Shown: positions 29,967 through 40,894, numbered from the stretch's first letter. The stretch is 64,000 nucleotides of DNA from Hyphomicrobiales bacterium (GCA_031378805.1 JANNEO010000002.1:1170-65169); one strand, 5' to 3'. The notes: generated from the sequence alone by a model not told the origin. A program made the numbers and translations.

Positions 29967-31118
29967 ATGGATGGGCCAATGCAGCCGCATGATAAAACCC
30001 GCGACCTGATCGCACTTCTGGAGGCTGCGGGCTATCCTCGCGCCGACGCGCCCCTGCTGCAACGCGCCGACCTGTTCCTCGATTTGTCAGGTGAGGATAT
30101 CCGGCGCCGGTTGTTCCTGACACAGGATGCCGCAGGCACCGAACTGTGCTTACGACCTGAGTTCACCATCCCGCTTTGCGCCAAGGCGGTTCACATGCAG
30201 GGTTCGGGGGCCGTGCAGGCTGCCATGTCCTATTGCGGGCCAGTGTTCCGCCACCGTCAGGGCGAGAGCGGCGAATTCATCCAGGCAGGCGTCGAGTCGC
30301 TTGGCCGCACCGATGCGGAAGCCGCCGATGCCGAAATCCTGGCCCTTGCCATCCACGCTTCGGAGAAACTCAGTGGAAACTTGCTCGCAAAAACGCGCAC
30401 CATCGTGCGCCTCGGCGACGCCGGACTGATCAACGGAGTGCTCGACAGCCTCGCGGTACCAGCCGGTCTGGCGCGCCGTCTCAAACGGCGTCTGGCGAGT
30501 GGCAAATCTCCAGCGGAAGCCCTTGGCCAAGCCACGGGGGGCATGGGTCTTGATCGCTATTCTGGCGTCATGTCGGCGCTGGAAGGTGCCCGAAGCGAAG
30601 CCGCCCGTGCTTTTGTGGGCGATATGCTGTCAATCAGCGGCGTTCGTGCGGCGGGTGGACGCTCGGCGGAAGAGATCGCCGGAAGGTTCATGCGCAAGGC
30701 GCAGGAAGGTGCGGGCGGCCTCGATCCTGCCAAGGCGGCACTGCTGGCGCAGTTCCTCTCGATCGCGGGTGATCCCGATACAGTCGCCACCAATATCCGT
30801 CGATTCTGCCAGACCAACGGCATAGACATCCTGCCAGCCCTCGAGCGCTATGAGGCCCGCATTGGCTTCATGGCGGCACAGGGCATCGATCTGGGAGCCA
30901 TCACGGCATCGGCTGGCTTTGTTCGTAACCTCGACTATTACACCGGCATGGTGTTCGAGATTCTACCGGCAGAACCGGAAACTCCCAAGCCACTGGCTGG
31001 TGGCGGGCGCTATGACACGCTCCTCCGGCGGCTTGGCTCGAACGACGATGTTCCAGCAGTCGGATTTTCGCTCTGGGTGGAGCGCTTTGGCACCACAAGC
31101 CAGGGGAATGCGGCATGA
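29967..31118 (+). CDS. hisZ: ATP phosphoribosyltransferase regulatory subunit
   Basis: HisS-like core without an anticodon domain (LCLRPEFTIPLCA, GGGRYD). ATGA overlap with hisG. The start is uncertain (29967 or 29979); the ORF-track start at 29796 overlaps the OMP promoter region. Confidence 0.8.
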   Translation: MDGPMQPHDKTRDLIALLEAAGYPRADAPLLQRADLFLDLSGEDIRRRLFLTQDAAGTELCLRPEFTIPLCAKAVHMQGSGAVQAAMSYCGPVFRHRQGESGEFIQAGVESLGRTDAEAADAEILALAIHASEKLSGNLLAKTRTIVRLGDAGLINGVLDSLAVPAGLARRLKRRLASGKSPAEALGQATGGMGLDRYSGVMSALEGARSEAARAFVGDMLSISGVRAAGGRSAEEIAGRFMRKAQEGAGGLDPAKAALLAQFLSIAGDPDTVATNIRRFCQTNGIDILPALERYEARIGFMAAQGIDLGAITASAGFVRNLDYYTGMVFEILPAEPETPKPLAGGGRYDTLLRRLGSNDDVPAVGFSLWVERFGTTSQGNAA

Positions 31119-32089
31119 CTGGCAAGCTTGTGATCGCCGTGCCTTCAAAAGGCCGCCTGCAGGAAAACACCATGGCGTTTTTCAGCCGGGCCGGTTTGAC
31201 GCTCGCGCAGGAAGGTGGCAGCCGGGATTATCGCGGCGTGATCCAGGATATGCCCGGCGTCGAGGTGCTGTTCCTCTCGGCATCCGAGATCGTCGCAAAG
31301 CTCGACGCAGGCGATGCTCATTTCGGCGTAACGGGCGAGGATCTGATCCGCGAAACGGTGGCGGATGCCGACAGCCGCATCACGCTGTTGTCTCCCCTCG
31401 GCTTCGGCCATGCCAATGTCGTGGTGGCGGTCCCCAAGGGCTGGATCGACGCCAGCACCATGGAGGATCTGGAGGAAATCTCGGCCGATTTCCACAGCGC
31501 CCATGGCCGCCGAATGCGGGTGGCCACGAAATACGTCAACCTGACCCGGCGCTTCTTCGCGCAGCACGGCGTGGCAGACTACCGGATTGTCGAGAGCCTT
31601 GGCGCGACCGAAGGGGCACCGTCATCGGGTACGGCCGAGTTCATTGTCGATATCACCACGACCGGAAGCACGCTGGAGGCCAATGCGCTGAAGGTGCTGG
31701 ATGATGGCGTGATGCTGAAGTCGCAGGCCAATCTTGCGGCCTCGCTCCAGGCCGATTGGTCGCCAGAAACGCTCGTGATGGCCAGAGCAGTGCTCGGTCG
31801 GCTGTCCGCCGAACAAGCGGCCCGCACGACCCGAGAACTCATGGTTTCGGCTCCGGCAGCAGCGCTTCATCATCTTTCGGAACTGGCGGTGGCAAACGAC
31901 GCATTGATCCGTTCATCCCCAGGCACAGCTCCATTGATCCTGACCATCGAGGCGACCCGATCCGCAAGCCTTTCTTCTCTCATGATCGAAGCGGGTGCCG
32001 AGCATGTCAGCGTGACCAGGCAGGACTATGTTTTCGCCAGCCGTTCCCCGCTGTATGATCGGCTGGAAGACAGCCTGGCACAGCACTAG
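31115..32089 (+). CDS. hisG: ATP phosphoribosyltransferase
   Basis: Motifs VIAVPSKGRLQE, ATKYVNLTRRFF and DITTTGSTLEAN. 324 aa with a C-terminal extension. Confidence 0.9.
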   Translation: MTGKLVIAVPSKGRLQENTMAFFSRAGLTLAQEGGSRDYRGVIQDMPGVEVLFLSASEIVAKLDAGDAHFGVTGEDLIRETVADADSRITLLSPLGFGHANVVVAVPKGWIDASTMEDLEEISADFHSAHGRRMRVATKYVNLTRRFFAQHGVADYRIVESLGATEGAPSSGTAEFIVDITTTGSTLEANALKVLDDGVMLKSQANLAASLQADWSPETLVMARAVLGRLSAEQAARTTRELMVSAPAAALHHLSELAVANDALIRSSPGTAPLILTIEATRSASLSSLMIEAGAEHVSVTRQDYVFASRSPLYDRLEDSLAQH

Positions 32090-32105
32090 CACCTGTAGAA
32101 AAAGC

Positions 32106-32132
32106 GAGGCCGCCCGGGGGAGGGGCGGCCTC
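32106..32132. terminator. GC-rich hairpin downstream of hisG (no T-run)
   Basis: The stem gaggccgccc / gggcggcctc is a perfect 10 bp with a 7-nt loop. Confidence 0.45.
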
Positions 32133-32362
32133 GACAAGTTAGCGATCGAACGGGGGAGGCCCGACCGCTTGGGGGAAGGAAGACCCTTTCGGATCCTCTC
32201 TTGAATTATGTCACCCCGCACGTGGCGAACCAGACGTAAGAATGCGCACGGACAAGCGCGTAGATCACAAAAACGGTTCAACATGGTCCCGGATTCGGGA
32301 TTGAATTTTTGAAGAGAAACCCTCTGTTTTTCTGAACATCTGACCCGCAGAGTCACGCGGCA

Positions 32363-33547
32363 TCAGATCACGTTTCGCTCGCGCAGGGGCCGGTTCGCCA
32401 GAAGCCGGTTACATCCCAGAGGCGAAAGATCAAGCGTCTGGTAGTGGCCATGGATCACCAGTTCCGCCAATCCGCGCCCCACGGCGGGCGACTGCTGAAG
32501 GCCATGGCCGGAGAAACCCACAGCAAGATAGCCATTGTCCAGACCCGGCACCTGTCCGATCAGCGCGTTATGATCGAACAGGCACATATCATAGTGCCCG
32601 GCCCAGGCCCGACCGGGGCGAATTGCCTCGAAGGCCGACACCCGGGAGGCCAGCGACGGCCAGATCACATCATCGAACAAGGCCCAATCCACGTCGAAAT
32701 CCATGGCGTGATCGGTTGAATCCAGATCATCGGGCGAGAACCCCGCGATGAAGTCACGCCCCTCGGGGCGGACCCAGACACCCGATGTATCGATCAGCAG
32801 CGGGAAATGCGGCAGTTCTGTCTGGCAGGTAAAGGGAAAGACACAGCGCTTCTTGGCATGGACGGGGATGGAGAATCCAATGCTTTGGGCCAACACCCGT
32901 GCGCCGGACGCCCCCGCCGTGTTGATGAACGCACCGCAGCCGATGGCCGAGCCGTCCTCCAGAAGTGCCGCCGTGATTCGCCCTCTCCTAGCTTCGACAC
33001 CCCTGACCCTTGCCTGTCGGTACGTCACGCCAAGCGATTGCGCCTTCCTGCGAAAAGCCTGGCACAGGCCATAGCCATCGAACCATCCCTCCCCCGTGCG
33101 CCCCCAGCTGCCTGCCGTCAGATCATCCGCGGCGAGCCAGGGAAAAGCCTGCCGCAGGCCGGCATTGTCATACAGTGCGATATCCGCGCCACGGCTGTTC
33201 TGCAGCGCATTGATTTCGCCGAGCAACCCGGCACCTTCGGCTGTCGCAACGTAGAGATAGCCGCCCTCCTTCAGGCCGACATCGACTTGTGCCCCTTCAA
33301 CACCCAGATGCTGCTGGATGTTGCGCAGGAAATCGATGCCATGGAGCGAGATATCGATGTTCACAGGGGTCGAGAATTGCTGGCGGATCGAGCCTGCTGA
33401 GAGCGCTGACGCCGAGCGCTGATAGGTCGGGTCCGGCTCCACCACCAGCACCCTCAGCCGCCCTGCGGATTGCAGCGCCAGTTGATACGCCGTGGACGAC
33501 CCCATCACCGCGCCGCCCGCGATCACCACATCGAAATGCTCTGTCAT
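32363..33547 (-). CDS. FAD-dependent oxidoreductase (DAO family); candidate L-pipecolate/sarcosine-type oxidase
   Basis: The start is taken at MTEHFDVVIAGGAVMGSSTAYQLA (dinucleotide fold). Divergent from an ALDH7 gene, as for amaA/amaB of Pseudomonas. The substrate is inferred from context only. Confidence 0.7.
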   Translation of the reverse strand: MTEHFDVVIAGGAVMGSSTAYQLALQSAGRLRVLVVEPDPTYQRSASALSAGSIRQQFSTPVNIDISLHGIDFLRNIQQHLGVEGAQVDVGLKEGGYLYVATAEGAGLLGEINALQNSRGADIALYDNAGLRQAFPWLAADDLTAGSWGRTGEGWFDGYGLCQAFRRKAQSLGVTYRQARVRGVEARRGRITAALLEDGSAIGCGAFINTAGASGARVLAQSIGFSIPVHAKKRCVFPFTCQTELPHFPLLIDTSGVWVRPEGRDFIAGFSPDDLDSTDHAMDFDVDWALFDDVIWPSLASRVSAFEAIRPGRAWAGHYDMCLFDHNALIGQVPGLDNGYLAVGFSGHGLQQSPAVGRGLAELVIHGHYQTLDLSPLGCNRLLANRPLRERNVI

Positions 33548-33653
33548 GCCCCGCTGTAAAACAGCTGGGCAGCCACGAAAAGTGCCGAATGCTGATCGGT
33601 TCAATCCAACTTTGCGATTGGCTGGCACGATGGAAAGGCGCTATTTGGCTGTC

Positions 33654-35201
33654 ATGACCAAAGCACCCAGCGCCAAACCCATTCCGGCTACCACGAAGGA
33701 GGCCAACGCCATCCTCAAGCGCCTTGGCGTCCCAAGGATGGCCTTTGTCAAAGAAGGAGGGTTGGCAGCACATTCTCCCATAACTGGCGAGACCATGGCC
33801 CGCGTCCGTGCCGTCACGAAGGATGAAACCACGACTATCATCAGCGGGGCGCAGGAGGCCTTCCTCGCGTGGCGTCAGGTGCCCGCTCCCCGCCGTGGCG
33901 AACTGGTGCGCCTGCTGGGCGAGGAACTGCGCCTGGCCAAGGCCGATCTCGGGCGCCTGGTGACGCTCGAGGCGGGCAAGATCACGTCGGAGGGCCTGGG
34001 CGAAGTGCAGGAGATGATCGACATCTGCGATTTCGCGGTCGGCCTGTCGCGTCAACTCCACGGCCTGACCATCGCCACCGAGCGACCGCTGCACCGGATG
34101 ATGGAGACCTGGCATCCGCTGGGTGTCTGCGGCGTGATCACAGCCTTCAATTTCCCCGTGGCGGTCTGGGCCTGGAATGCGGCCCTGGCGCTGGTCTGCG
34201 GCGATTCCGTGGTGTGGAAGCCGTCCGAGAAAACCCCGCTGACCGCACTCGCGGTGCAGGCCATTTTCGACCGTGCCGCCAACCGCTTCGGCGATGCCCC
34301 CAAGGGCCTGTCGCAACTGATCATGGGTGGTGCGGACATCGGCGCAACGCTTGTCGAAGACAAGCGCATTGCCATCCTCTCCGCGACTGGCTCCACCGCC
34401 ATGGGCCGCAAGGTGGCCCCGAAACTGGCCGAGCGCTTCGCCCGCAGCATCCTGGAACTCGGTGGCAACAACGCCGCCATCGTGGCCCCAAGTGCCGATC
34501 TTGATCTGGCGCTCCGGGGCATCGCCTTCGCCGCCATGGGCACAGCGGGCCAGCGCTGCACCACCTTGCGACGGCTGTTCGTCCACGATGACATCTACGA
34601 CACACTCGTGCCCAGGCTGCGAAAGGCTTATGGCTCCGTCACCATCGGCGATCCCCGCGCAACCAGCACGCTGATCGGTCCGCTGATCGACCAGCAGGCG
34701 TTCGACGCCATGCAGAAAGCCCTTTTCGACGCCAGGCGCCAGGGCGGCCAGGTCACCGGCGGCTCCCGCGTGCTGGACAAGGTCAATCCGGATTCCTTCT
34801 ACGCCGAGCCCGCACTGGTCGAGATGCCGAAGCACGACGGCCCTGTGCTGCACGAGACCTTCGCGCCCATCCTCTACGTCATGCGGTACAAATCCATCGA
34901 AGACGCCATCGCCATGCAGAACGCGGTGGCCGCCGGCCTCTCCTCCTCCATCTTCACCCGCGACATCCGCGAGGCGGAGCTGTTCCTATCGTCCACGGGA
35001 TCGGATTGCGGCATCGCCAATGTCAATATCGGGCCATCGGGCGCGGAAATCGGCGGAGCTTTCGGCGGCGAGAAGGAAACCGGCGGCGGGCGCGAGGCAG
35101 GCTCCGACAGCTGGAAGGCGTATATGCGGCGGGCTACCAACACGGTGAATTATGGTGCCGCGCTGCCGCTGGCGCAGGGTGTGATGTTTGATGTGGGATA
35201 A
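33654..35201 (+). CDS. amaB: ALDH7-type aldehyde dehydrogenase (piperideine-6-carboxylate / alpha-aminoadipic semialdehyde dehydrogenase)
   Basis: Very close motif match to antiquitin-type enzymes: ELGGNNA, GTAGQRCTTLRRLFVH and GSDCGIANVNIGPSGAEIGGAFGGEKETGGGREAGSDSWKAYMRR. The start is either 33654 or 33630. Confidence 0.85.
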   Translation: MTKAPSAKPIPATTKEANAILKRLGVPRMAFVKEGGLAAHSPITGETMARVRAVTKDETTTIISGAQEAFLAWRQVPAPRRGELVRLLGEELRLAKADLGRLVTLEAGKITSEGLGEVQEMIDICDFAVGLSRQLHGLTIATERPLHRMMETWHPLGVCGVITAFNFPVAVWAWNAALALVCGDSVVWKPSEKTPLTALAVQAIFDRAANRFGDAPKGLSQLIMGGADIGATLVEDKRIAILSATGSTAMGRKVAPKLAERFARSILELGGNNAAIVAPSADLDLALRGIAFAAMGTAGQRCTTLRRLFVHDDIYDTLVPRLRKAYGSVTIGDPRATSTLIGPLIDQQAFDAMQKALFDARRQGGQVTGGSRVLDKVNPDSFYAEPALVEMPKHDGPVLHETFAPILYVMRYKSIEDAIAMQNAVAAGLSSSIFTRDIREAELFLSSTGSDCGIANVNIGPSGAEIGGAFGGEKETGGGREAGSDSWKAYMRRATNTVNYGAALPLAQGVMFDVG

Positions 35202-35218
35202 AGGCAGGTGAATAGGCC

Positions 35219-35257
35219 GTCGCTTCCCTTCTCGACCAACTGGAGAAGGGAAGCGAC
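35219..35257. repeat. perfect 15-bp stem hairpin downstream of amaB, related to the cttctc/gagaag repeat family
   Basis: The arms gtcgcttcccttctc and gagaagggaagcgac flank a 9-nt loop. There is no T-run. Confidence 0.55.
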
Positions 35258-35441
35258 GCGTGTCAACCACCCCATCCCAACGTCCCGAATGGTCTGACAA
35301 CCTCACCTTTCGCCCCGCACCCCCCTTGACCTCCATCACCATCCATCGTCCATTGTCCGCCCCCACGGCAGTTCGCCGTGCAACGAGAACAAATGCGATG
35401 CGGCGGCATTGAGTGACCGTCGCGGAGGAAAGACGAAAACG

Positions 35442-36497
<1,056 letters not shown>

Positions 36498-36588
36498 GCA
36501 AACGGCTGTACTAATATCGTCAGATCAACACCGGGTGGATGGCGCAAACAAGAACGATAGCCATCGGCCCATAACGGGAGGAAGACCA

Positions 36589-37911
36589 ATGATGAACTTC
36601 AATCGGCGTTCACTGCTCAAGGGCGGCGCGGCACTGGGCGCTGTCAGCGCCACCGGCTTCGGCGAATGGGCCAAGGCCTGGGCGCAGGCCAACACCTGGA
36701 AGCCCGAGGCCAATGCTTCGCTGCAATTGCTGCGCTGGAAACGCTTCATCCAGGCGGAAGAAGACGGCTTTATGGTGCTGGTCGACGCATTCACCAAGGC
36801 AACAGGCGTCAAGGTGACAGTGATCAACGAATCGCTCGATGACGTGCAGCCCAAGGCCTCCGTCGCAGCCAACACCAACCAAGGGCCGGATCTGTTCTGG
36901 GGCCTGTATTCGCTGCCTCACCTGTTCCCGACGAAGTGCATGGATGTATCGGATGTAGCGACCTATCTCGGAGGCAAGTATGGCGGATGGGCACCGACAG
37001 CCGAGACCTACGGCAAGAGCGGCGGAAAATGGATAGCCATTCCCGTTGCCTACAACGCAAACGTGATCAACTATCGCCAGAGCATGATCGAGAAGGCCGG
37101 TTTCAAATCCATTCCCAAGGATACAGCCGGGTTCCTGGAGCTGATGAAGGGCCTGAAGGCAAAATCCGTCGGCGGCGGCTTCGCGCTCGGTCGCGCTTCG
37201 GGGGATGGCAACGCCTGGGTTCACTGGGCATTGTGGGCCAATGGCGGCAACACCGTCGACAAGGATGACAAGGTCATCATCAATTCGGCGGAGACTGCCA
37301 AGGCACTGGAATATGCCAAGGAGCTTTATGCCACCTTCGTGCCGGGAACTGCGGCATGGAACGACGCCTTTAACAACAAGGCCTTCCTGACAGGAGAGAT
37401 ATCGCTGACAAACAACGGTGTTTCGATCTACGCGGCTGCAAAGGCTGGTGCAGCGGCAGACCCGAAGATGAAGGAAGTGATGGACGACATGAACCATTCG
37501 ACCTGGCCTGTCGGCCCTGTCGGAAAGGCAACCGAGTTCCACATCGCCTACCCGCTTGTCGCAATGACCTACTCAAAATCCCCGATGGCCTGCAAAGCCT
37601 TCATGGCCTTCATGATGGAAGCCGAAAACTACGACAAATGGATAGCCAGCGCCGTTGCCTACCTCTCGCATCCGCTGAAAAAATACGATGCCAACCCTGT
37701 CTGGACAGCGGACCCGAAATACGCAGTTGCGAAAACAGCGGCATGGGACACCCTCACAGCGGGCGGCCTCGGCTCAGTCGGCGAACGTGCTGCTGGTGCC
37801 CTTGCCGACTTCGTGGTGCTCGATATGTTCGCAGCGGTCTGCACGGGCCGCGAGGATGTGAAGGGCTCGATTCGGATCGCCGAACGGCAGCTGCAGCGCA
37901 TCTATCGCTGA
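36589..37911 (+). CDS. extracellular solute-binding protein family 1, Tat signal
   Basis: MMNFNRRSLLKGGAALGAVSATGFGEWAKAWA with a GGGAGGAAG RBS. 440 aa. Confidence 0.85.
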   Translation: MMNFNRRSLLKGGAALGAVSATGFGEWAKAWAQANTWKPEANASLQLLRWKRFIQAEEDGFMVLVDAFTKATGVKVTVINESLDDVQPKASVAANTNQGPDLFWGLYSLPHLFPTKCMDVSDVATYLGGKYGGWAPTAETYGKSGGKWIAIPVAYNANVINYRQSMIEKAGFKSIPKDTAGFLELMKGLKAKSVGGGFALGRASGDGNAWVHWALWANGGNTVDKDDKVIINSAETAKALEYAKELYATFVPGTAAWNDAFNNKAFLTGEISLTNNGVSIYAAAKAGAAADPKMKEVMDDMNHSTWPVGPVGKATEFHIAYPLVAMTYSKSPMACKAFMAFMMEAENYDKWIASAVAYLSHPLKKYDANPVWTADPKYAVAKTAAWDTLTAGGLGSVGERAAGALADFVVLDMFAAVCTGREDVKGSIRIAERQLQRIYR

Positions 37912-37932
37912 GTTTGGGTCAGCTCCGCCTTC

Positions 37933-38060
37933 CCCTCTCCCCTTGCGGGAGAGGGTGCATTGCGGAGCAACTCGGTGAGGGGTCGCACTGGCCTCTCAGA
38001 CTGTGCGATCCCTCATCACTCCGCCATCCGGCGGATACCTTCTCTCACAAGGGGAGAAGG
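37933..38060. repeat. intercistronic repeat element with hairpins (ccctctccc/gggagaggg and ccttctctc/gggagaagg)
   Basis: Hairpins at 37933-37955 and 38038-38060, plus ccgcc/ggcgg at about 38021-38034. The 3' arm of the last hairpin runs into the SD (gaaggagg) of the permease gene. Confidence 0.6.
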
Positions 38061-38077
38061 AGGAGTGACAACCGACC

Positions 38078-39022
38078 ATGACCACAAACACCCTTAGCGC
38101 CCCCAACCGAGAGACCACGGCCTGGGACAGGCTGCGGGTCAACCGCAATTGGCTTGGTTTCTGGTTCATGTTGCCAGCCATGGCTTTTCTGCTGCTGTTC
38201 CTGGCCTATCCGCTGGGCCTGGGCGTCTGGCTGTCCTTCACCGATACCCGTGTGGGACGCCCCGGTGTGTTCATCGGCCTTGAAAACTATGAATGGGTAC
38301 TGGGCGACAGAAAATTTCAGGACGCGGTCTTCAACACCCTATTCTACACAACAATCGCCAGTGTCATCAAATTCGCGGTCGGCCTGTATCTGGCTATTCT
38401 GCTGAACAACAACCTGCCCTTCCGCGCGCTCATCCGCGCCATCGTTCTGATCCCCTTCATCGTGCCGACGGTGCTGTCGGCCATCGCCTTCTGGTGGATT
38501 TTCGATCCGCAATTCTCGGTCATTTCCTGGCAGCTCAAGCGCTGGGGCTGGATCGACGGCAACATCAACTTTCTGGGCGATGCCTGGAATTCCCGCTGGA
38601 GCGTGATTTTTGCCAATGTCTGGCGCGGCGTGCCGTTCATCGCCATCACGCTGCTTGCCGGCCTGCAGACGGTTTCACCCTCGCTTTATGAGGCCGCAAC
38701 GCTGGACGGAGCCTCGGGCTGGCAACGCTTCCGCTATGTGACGTATCCGCTGTTGACACCCATCATTGCGGTGGTGATGACCTTTTCGGTGTTGTTCACC
38801 TTCACGGATTTCCAACTGATCAAGGTGCTGACCAACGGCGGCCCGGCGGGTGCCACGGAACTGATGGCGACCATGAGCTACAACACCGCGATCCTAGGCG
38901 GAAAGATCGGCGAGGGGGCCGCCATATCGACCGCCATGATCCCGTTCCTGCTCGCCGCGATCATGATTTCCTGGTTCGGGCTCCAGTCAAAAAAATGGCA
39001 ACAGGGAGGGTCTGACGCATGA
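38078..39022 (+). CDS. ABC transporter permease (sugar type, MalF/UgpA-like)
   Basis: 314 aa, multi-TM, with the EAA-like loop LYEAATLDGASGWQRFRYVTYPLL. Confidence 0.85.
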   Translation: MTTNTLSAPNRETTAWDRLRVNRNWLGFWFMLPAMAFLLLFLAYPLGLGVWLSFTDTRVGRPGVFIGLENYEWVLGDRKFQDAVFNTLFYTTIASVIKFAVGLYLAILLNNNLPFRALIRAIVLIPFIVPTVLSAIAFWWIFDPQFSVISWQLKRWGWIDGNINFLGDAWNSRWSVIFANVWRGVPFIAITLLAGLQTVSPSLYEAATLDGASGWQRFRYVTYPLLTPIIAVVMTFSVLFTFTDFQLIKVLTNGGPAGATELMATMSYNTAILGGKIGEGAAISTAMIPFLLAAIMISWFGLQSKKWQQGGSDA

Positions 39023-39924
39023 CCGACGCCACACTCAAGGCCCCCACCCTTTCCCATGGCAACGATGCCTCGGAAGGCATGAGCTATCTCAACACACTGC
39101 CGCGCCAGATCGTCACGGTCTATGTGCCGCTGCTGATCATCCTGCTTGTCCTGCTGTTCCCATTCTACTGGATGGCAGTGACTGCTGTGAAGCCGAAGGA
39201 GCAGTTGCTCGACCTCAACACCTACAGCCCGTATTTCACGCTCTCGCCCACCTTCGAGCATATCTATGCGCTGATTTTCCAGACGGATTATCCGCTGTGG
39301 CTGTGGAACACGATGTTCGTGGCGGTTTCCGCAACAGTGCTGTCACTCATCGCTTCCACGTTCGCGGCCTATGCCATCACACGCATCCGCTTCAAGGGGG
39401 CGCAGGCGCTCGGCGGCATCATCTTCCTGGCCTATCTGGTGCCGCCGTCGATCCTGTTCATCCCGCTGGCCACCGTGATCTATCAGTATGGTCTGTTCGA
39501 CACGCCTTTCGCGCTGATCCTGACCTATCCGACCATCCTCATCCCGTTCTCGACCTGGCTGCTGATGGGCTATTTCAAGACGATCCCTTATGAGCTGGAG
39601 GAATGCGCCTTGATGGATGGGGCGAGCCGCTGGCAAATCCTGATCCAGATCATCCTGCCATTGGCGATTCCCGGCCTGATCTCGGCGGGCATCTTCTGCC
39701 TGACGCTGTGCTGGAACGAGTTCATCTACGCGCTCACCTTCATCAACACGCACAGCAAGAAGACCGTTCCCGTCGCCATCGTCACGGCCTTCACCGACGG
39801 CGACCAGTACCGCTGGGGGTCGCTGATGGCGGGTGCTCTGGTGGGCTCGCTGCCGCTGGTGATCCTGTACTCGTTCTTCGTGGAGCATTATGTGGCCGCG
39901 ATGACTGGCGCGGTGAAGGAATAG
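39019..39924 (+). CDS. ABC transporter permease (sugar type, MalG/UgpE-like)
   Basis: 301 aa with the EAA loop ELEECALMDGASRWQILIQIILPLA. ATGA overlap with the previous permease gene. Confidence 0.85.
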   Translation: MTDATLKAPTLSHGNDASEGMSYLNTLPRQIVTVYVPLLIILLVLLFPFYWMAVTAVKPKEQLLDLNTYSPYFTLSPTFEHIYALIFQTDYPLWLWNTMFVAVSATVLSLIASTFAAYAITRIRFKGAQALGGIIFLAYLVPPSILFIPLATVIYQYGLFDTPFALILTYPTILIPFSTWLLMGYFKTIPYELEECALMDGASRWQILIQIILPLAIPGLISAGIFCLTLCWNEFIYALTFINTHSKKTVPVAIVTAFTDGDQYRWGSLMAGALVGSLPLVILYSFFVEHYVAAMTGAVKE

Positions 39925-39933
39925 CTGTCGTCG

Positions 39934-39957
39934 CCTTCTCCCCCTTTCGGGAGAAGG
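39934..39957. repeat. hairpin of the cttctc/gagaag family overlapping the SD of the next gene
   Basis: ccttctccc-cctttc-gggagaagg is followed directly by agg. The aaggagg at 39954-39960 lies 10 nt upstream of the ATG at 39971. Confidence 0.55.
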
Positions 39958-39970
39958 AGGAGCCTGATCT

Positions 39971-40852
39971 ATGAGCAATCACAAGACACTCGCATTCGTC
40001 GGCCTCGGTGCCATGGGCCGACCTATGGCACGGCGGCTGTTGGGAGCTCCCAACACGATCGTGCGTGGATTTGACATCAGCCCGTCCTCGCTCGCGGACC
40101 TTGTGGCAAGCGGTGGTATCCCCTGCCAGACTGCGGCCATCGCCGCAGAGGGCGCGGAGGTGCTGCTGCTGATGGTGGTCAATGCCGAGCAGGCCGAACA
40201 AGTGCTGTTCGCGGATAGCGCGGCGAAGGCTCTGGGCAGTGGCAAGCTCGTCATCCTGATGGCGACCTGCCCGCCGGATCGCGTGAAAGCCATCGGCTTG
40301 AAACTCGCCGATATGGGCATTGATTTCCTTGATGCGCCGGTGTCCGGTGGCGTGGTCGGAGCGGAGAACGGCACACTGACGATCATGGCGGGCGGTCCGA
40401 AGGCGACATTCGAGCGCGCACAACCAATCCTGCTATGTCTGGGCGACAAACTGCGCCATGTCGGGCTGAACCACGGCGATGGCGCGGCCATGAAAACCGT
40501 CAACCAGTTGCTCTGCGGCGTCCATATCGCTGCAGCCGCCGAATGCGTGGCCTTGGCAGAAAAGCTGGGCCTCGACGGCAAGGCGGTCATCGACATTCTC
40601 TCGCAATCCGCTGCCGGTTCGTGGATGCTGGCCAACCGCGGCCCGCGCATGGTGATGGAGGATCCACCCGTGACCTCCGCCGTCGATATCTTCGTCAAGG
40701 ACATGGGAATCGTGCTGGCCGCAGGTGAACAGGCCAAGCTCGGACTGCCGCTCTCGGCGCTGGCCCGCCAGATGTTCCTGCAAGCGTCCGGCATGGGCCT
40801 GGGACGCGCCGATGACAGCCAGGTGATCGCGGTTTACCGGCAGGGGACGTGA
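39971..40852 (+). CDS. NAD(P)-dependent oxidoreductase, 3-hydroxyisobutyrate dehydrogenase family
   Basis: Motifs LAFVGLGAMGRPMARRL, DAPVSGG and MKTVNQLL. Last gene of the ABC operon. Confidence 0.85.
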   Translation: MSNHKTLAFVGLGAMGRPMARRLLGAPNTIVRGFDISPSSLADLVASGGIPCQTAAIAAEGAEVLLLMVVNAEQAEQVLFADSAAKALGSGKLVILMATCPPDRVKAIGLKLADMGIDFLDAPVSGGVVGAENGTLTIMAGGPKATFERAQPILLCLGDKLRHVGLNHGDGAAMKTVNQLLCGVHIAAAAECVALAEKLGLDGKAVIDILSQSAAGSWMLANRGPRMVMEDPPVTSAVDIFVKDMGIVLAAGEQAKLGLPLSALARQMFLQASGMGLGRADDSQVIAVYRQGT

Positions 40853-40894
40853 CGCAGCGTCCTTCTTGCTTTCCGGGATTGGAGCACAACCCTT

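Noticed and set aside
29967-32089. Long (324 aa) HisG together with HisZ as an anomaly.
   Set aside because: As I recall, several alphaproteobacterial lineages have HisG proteins of about 325 aa alongside hisZ. Without a database check I cannot claim this is unusual.
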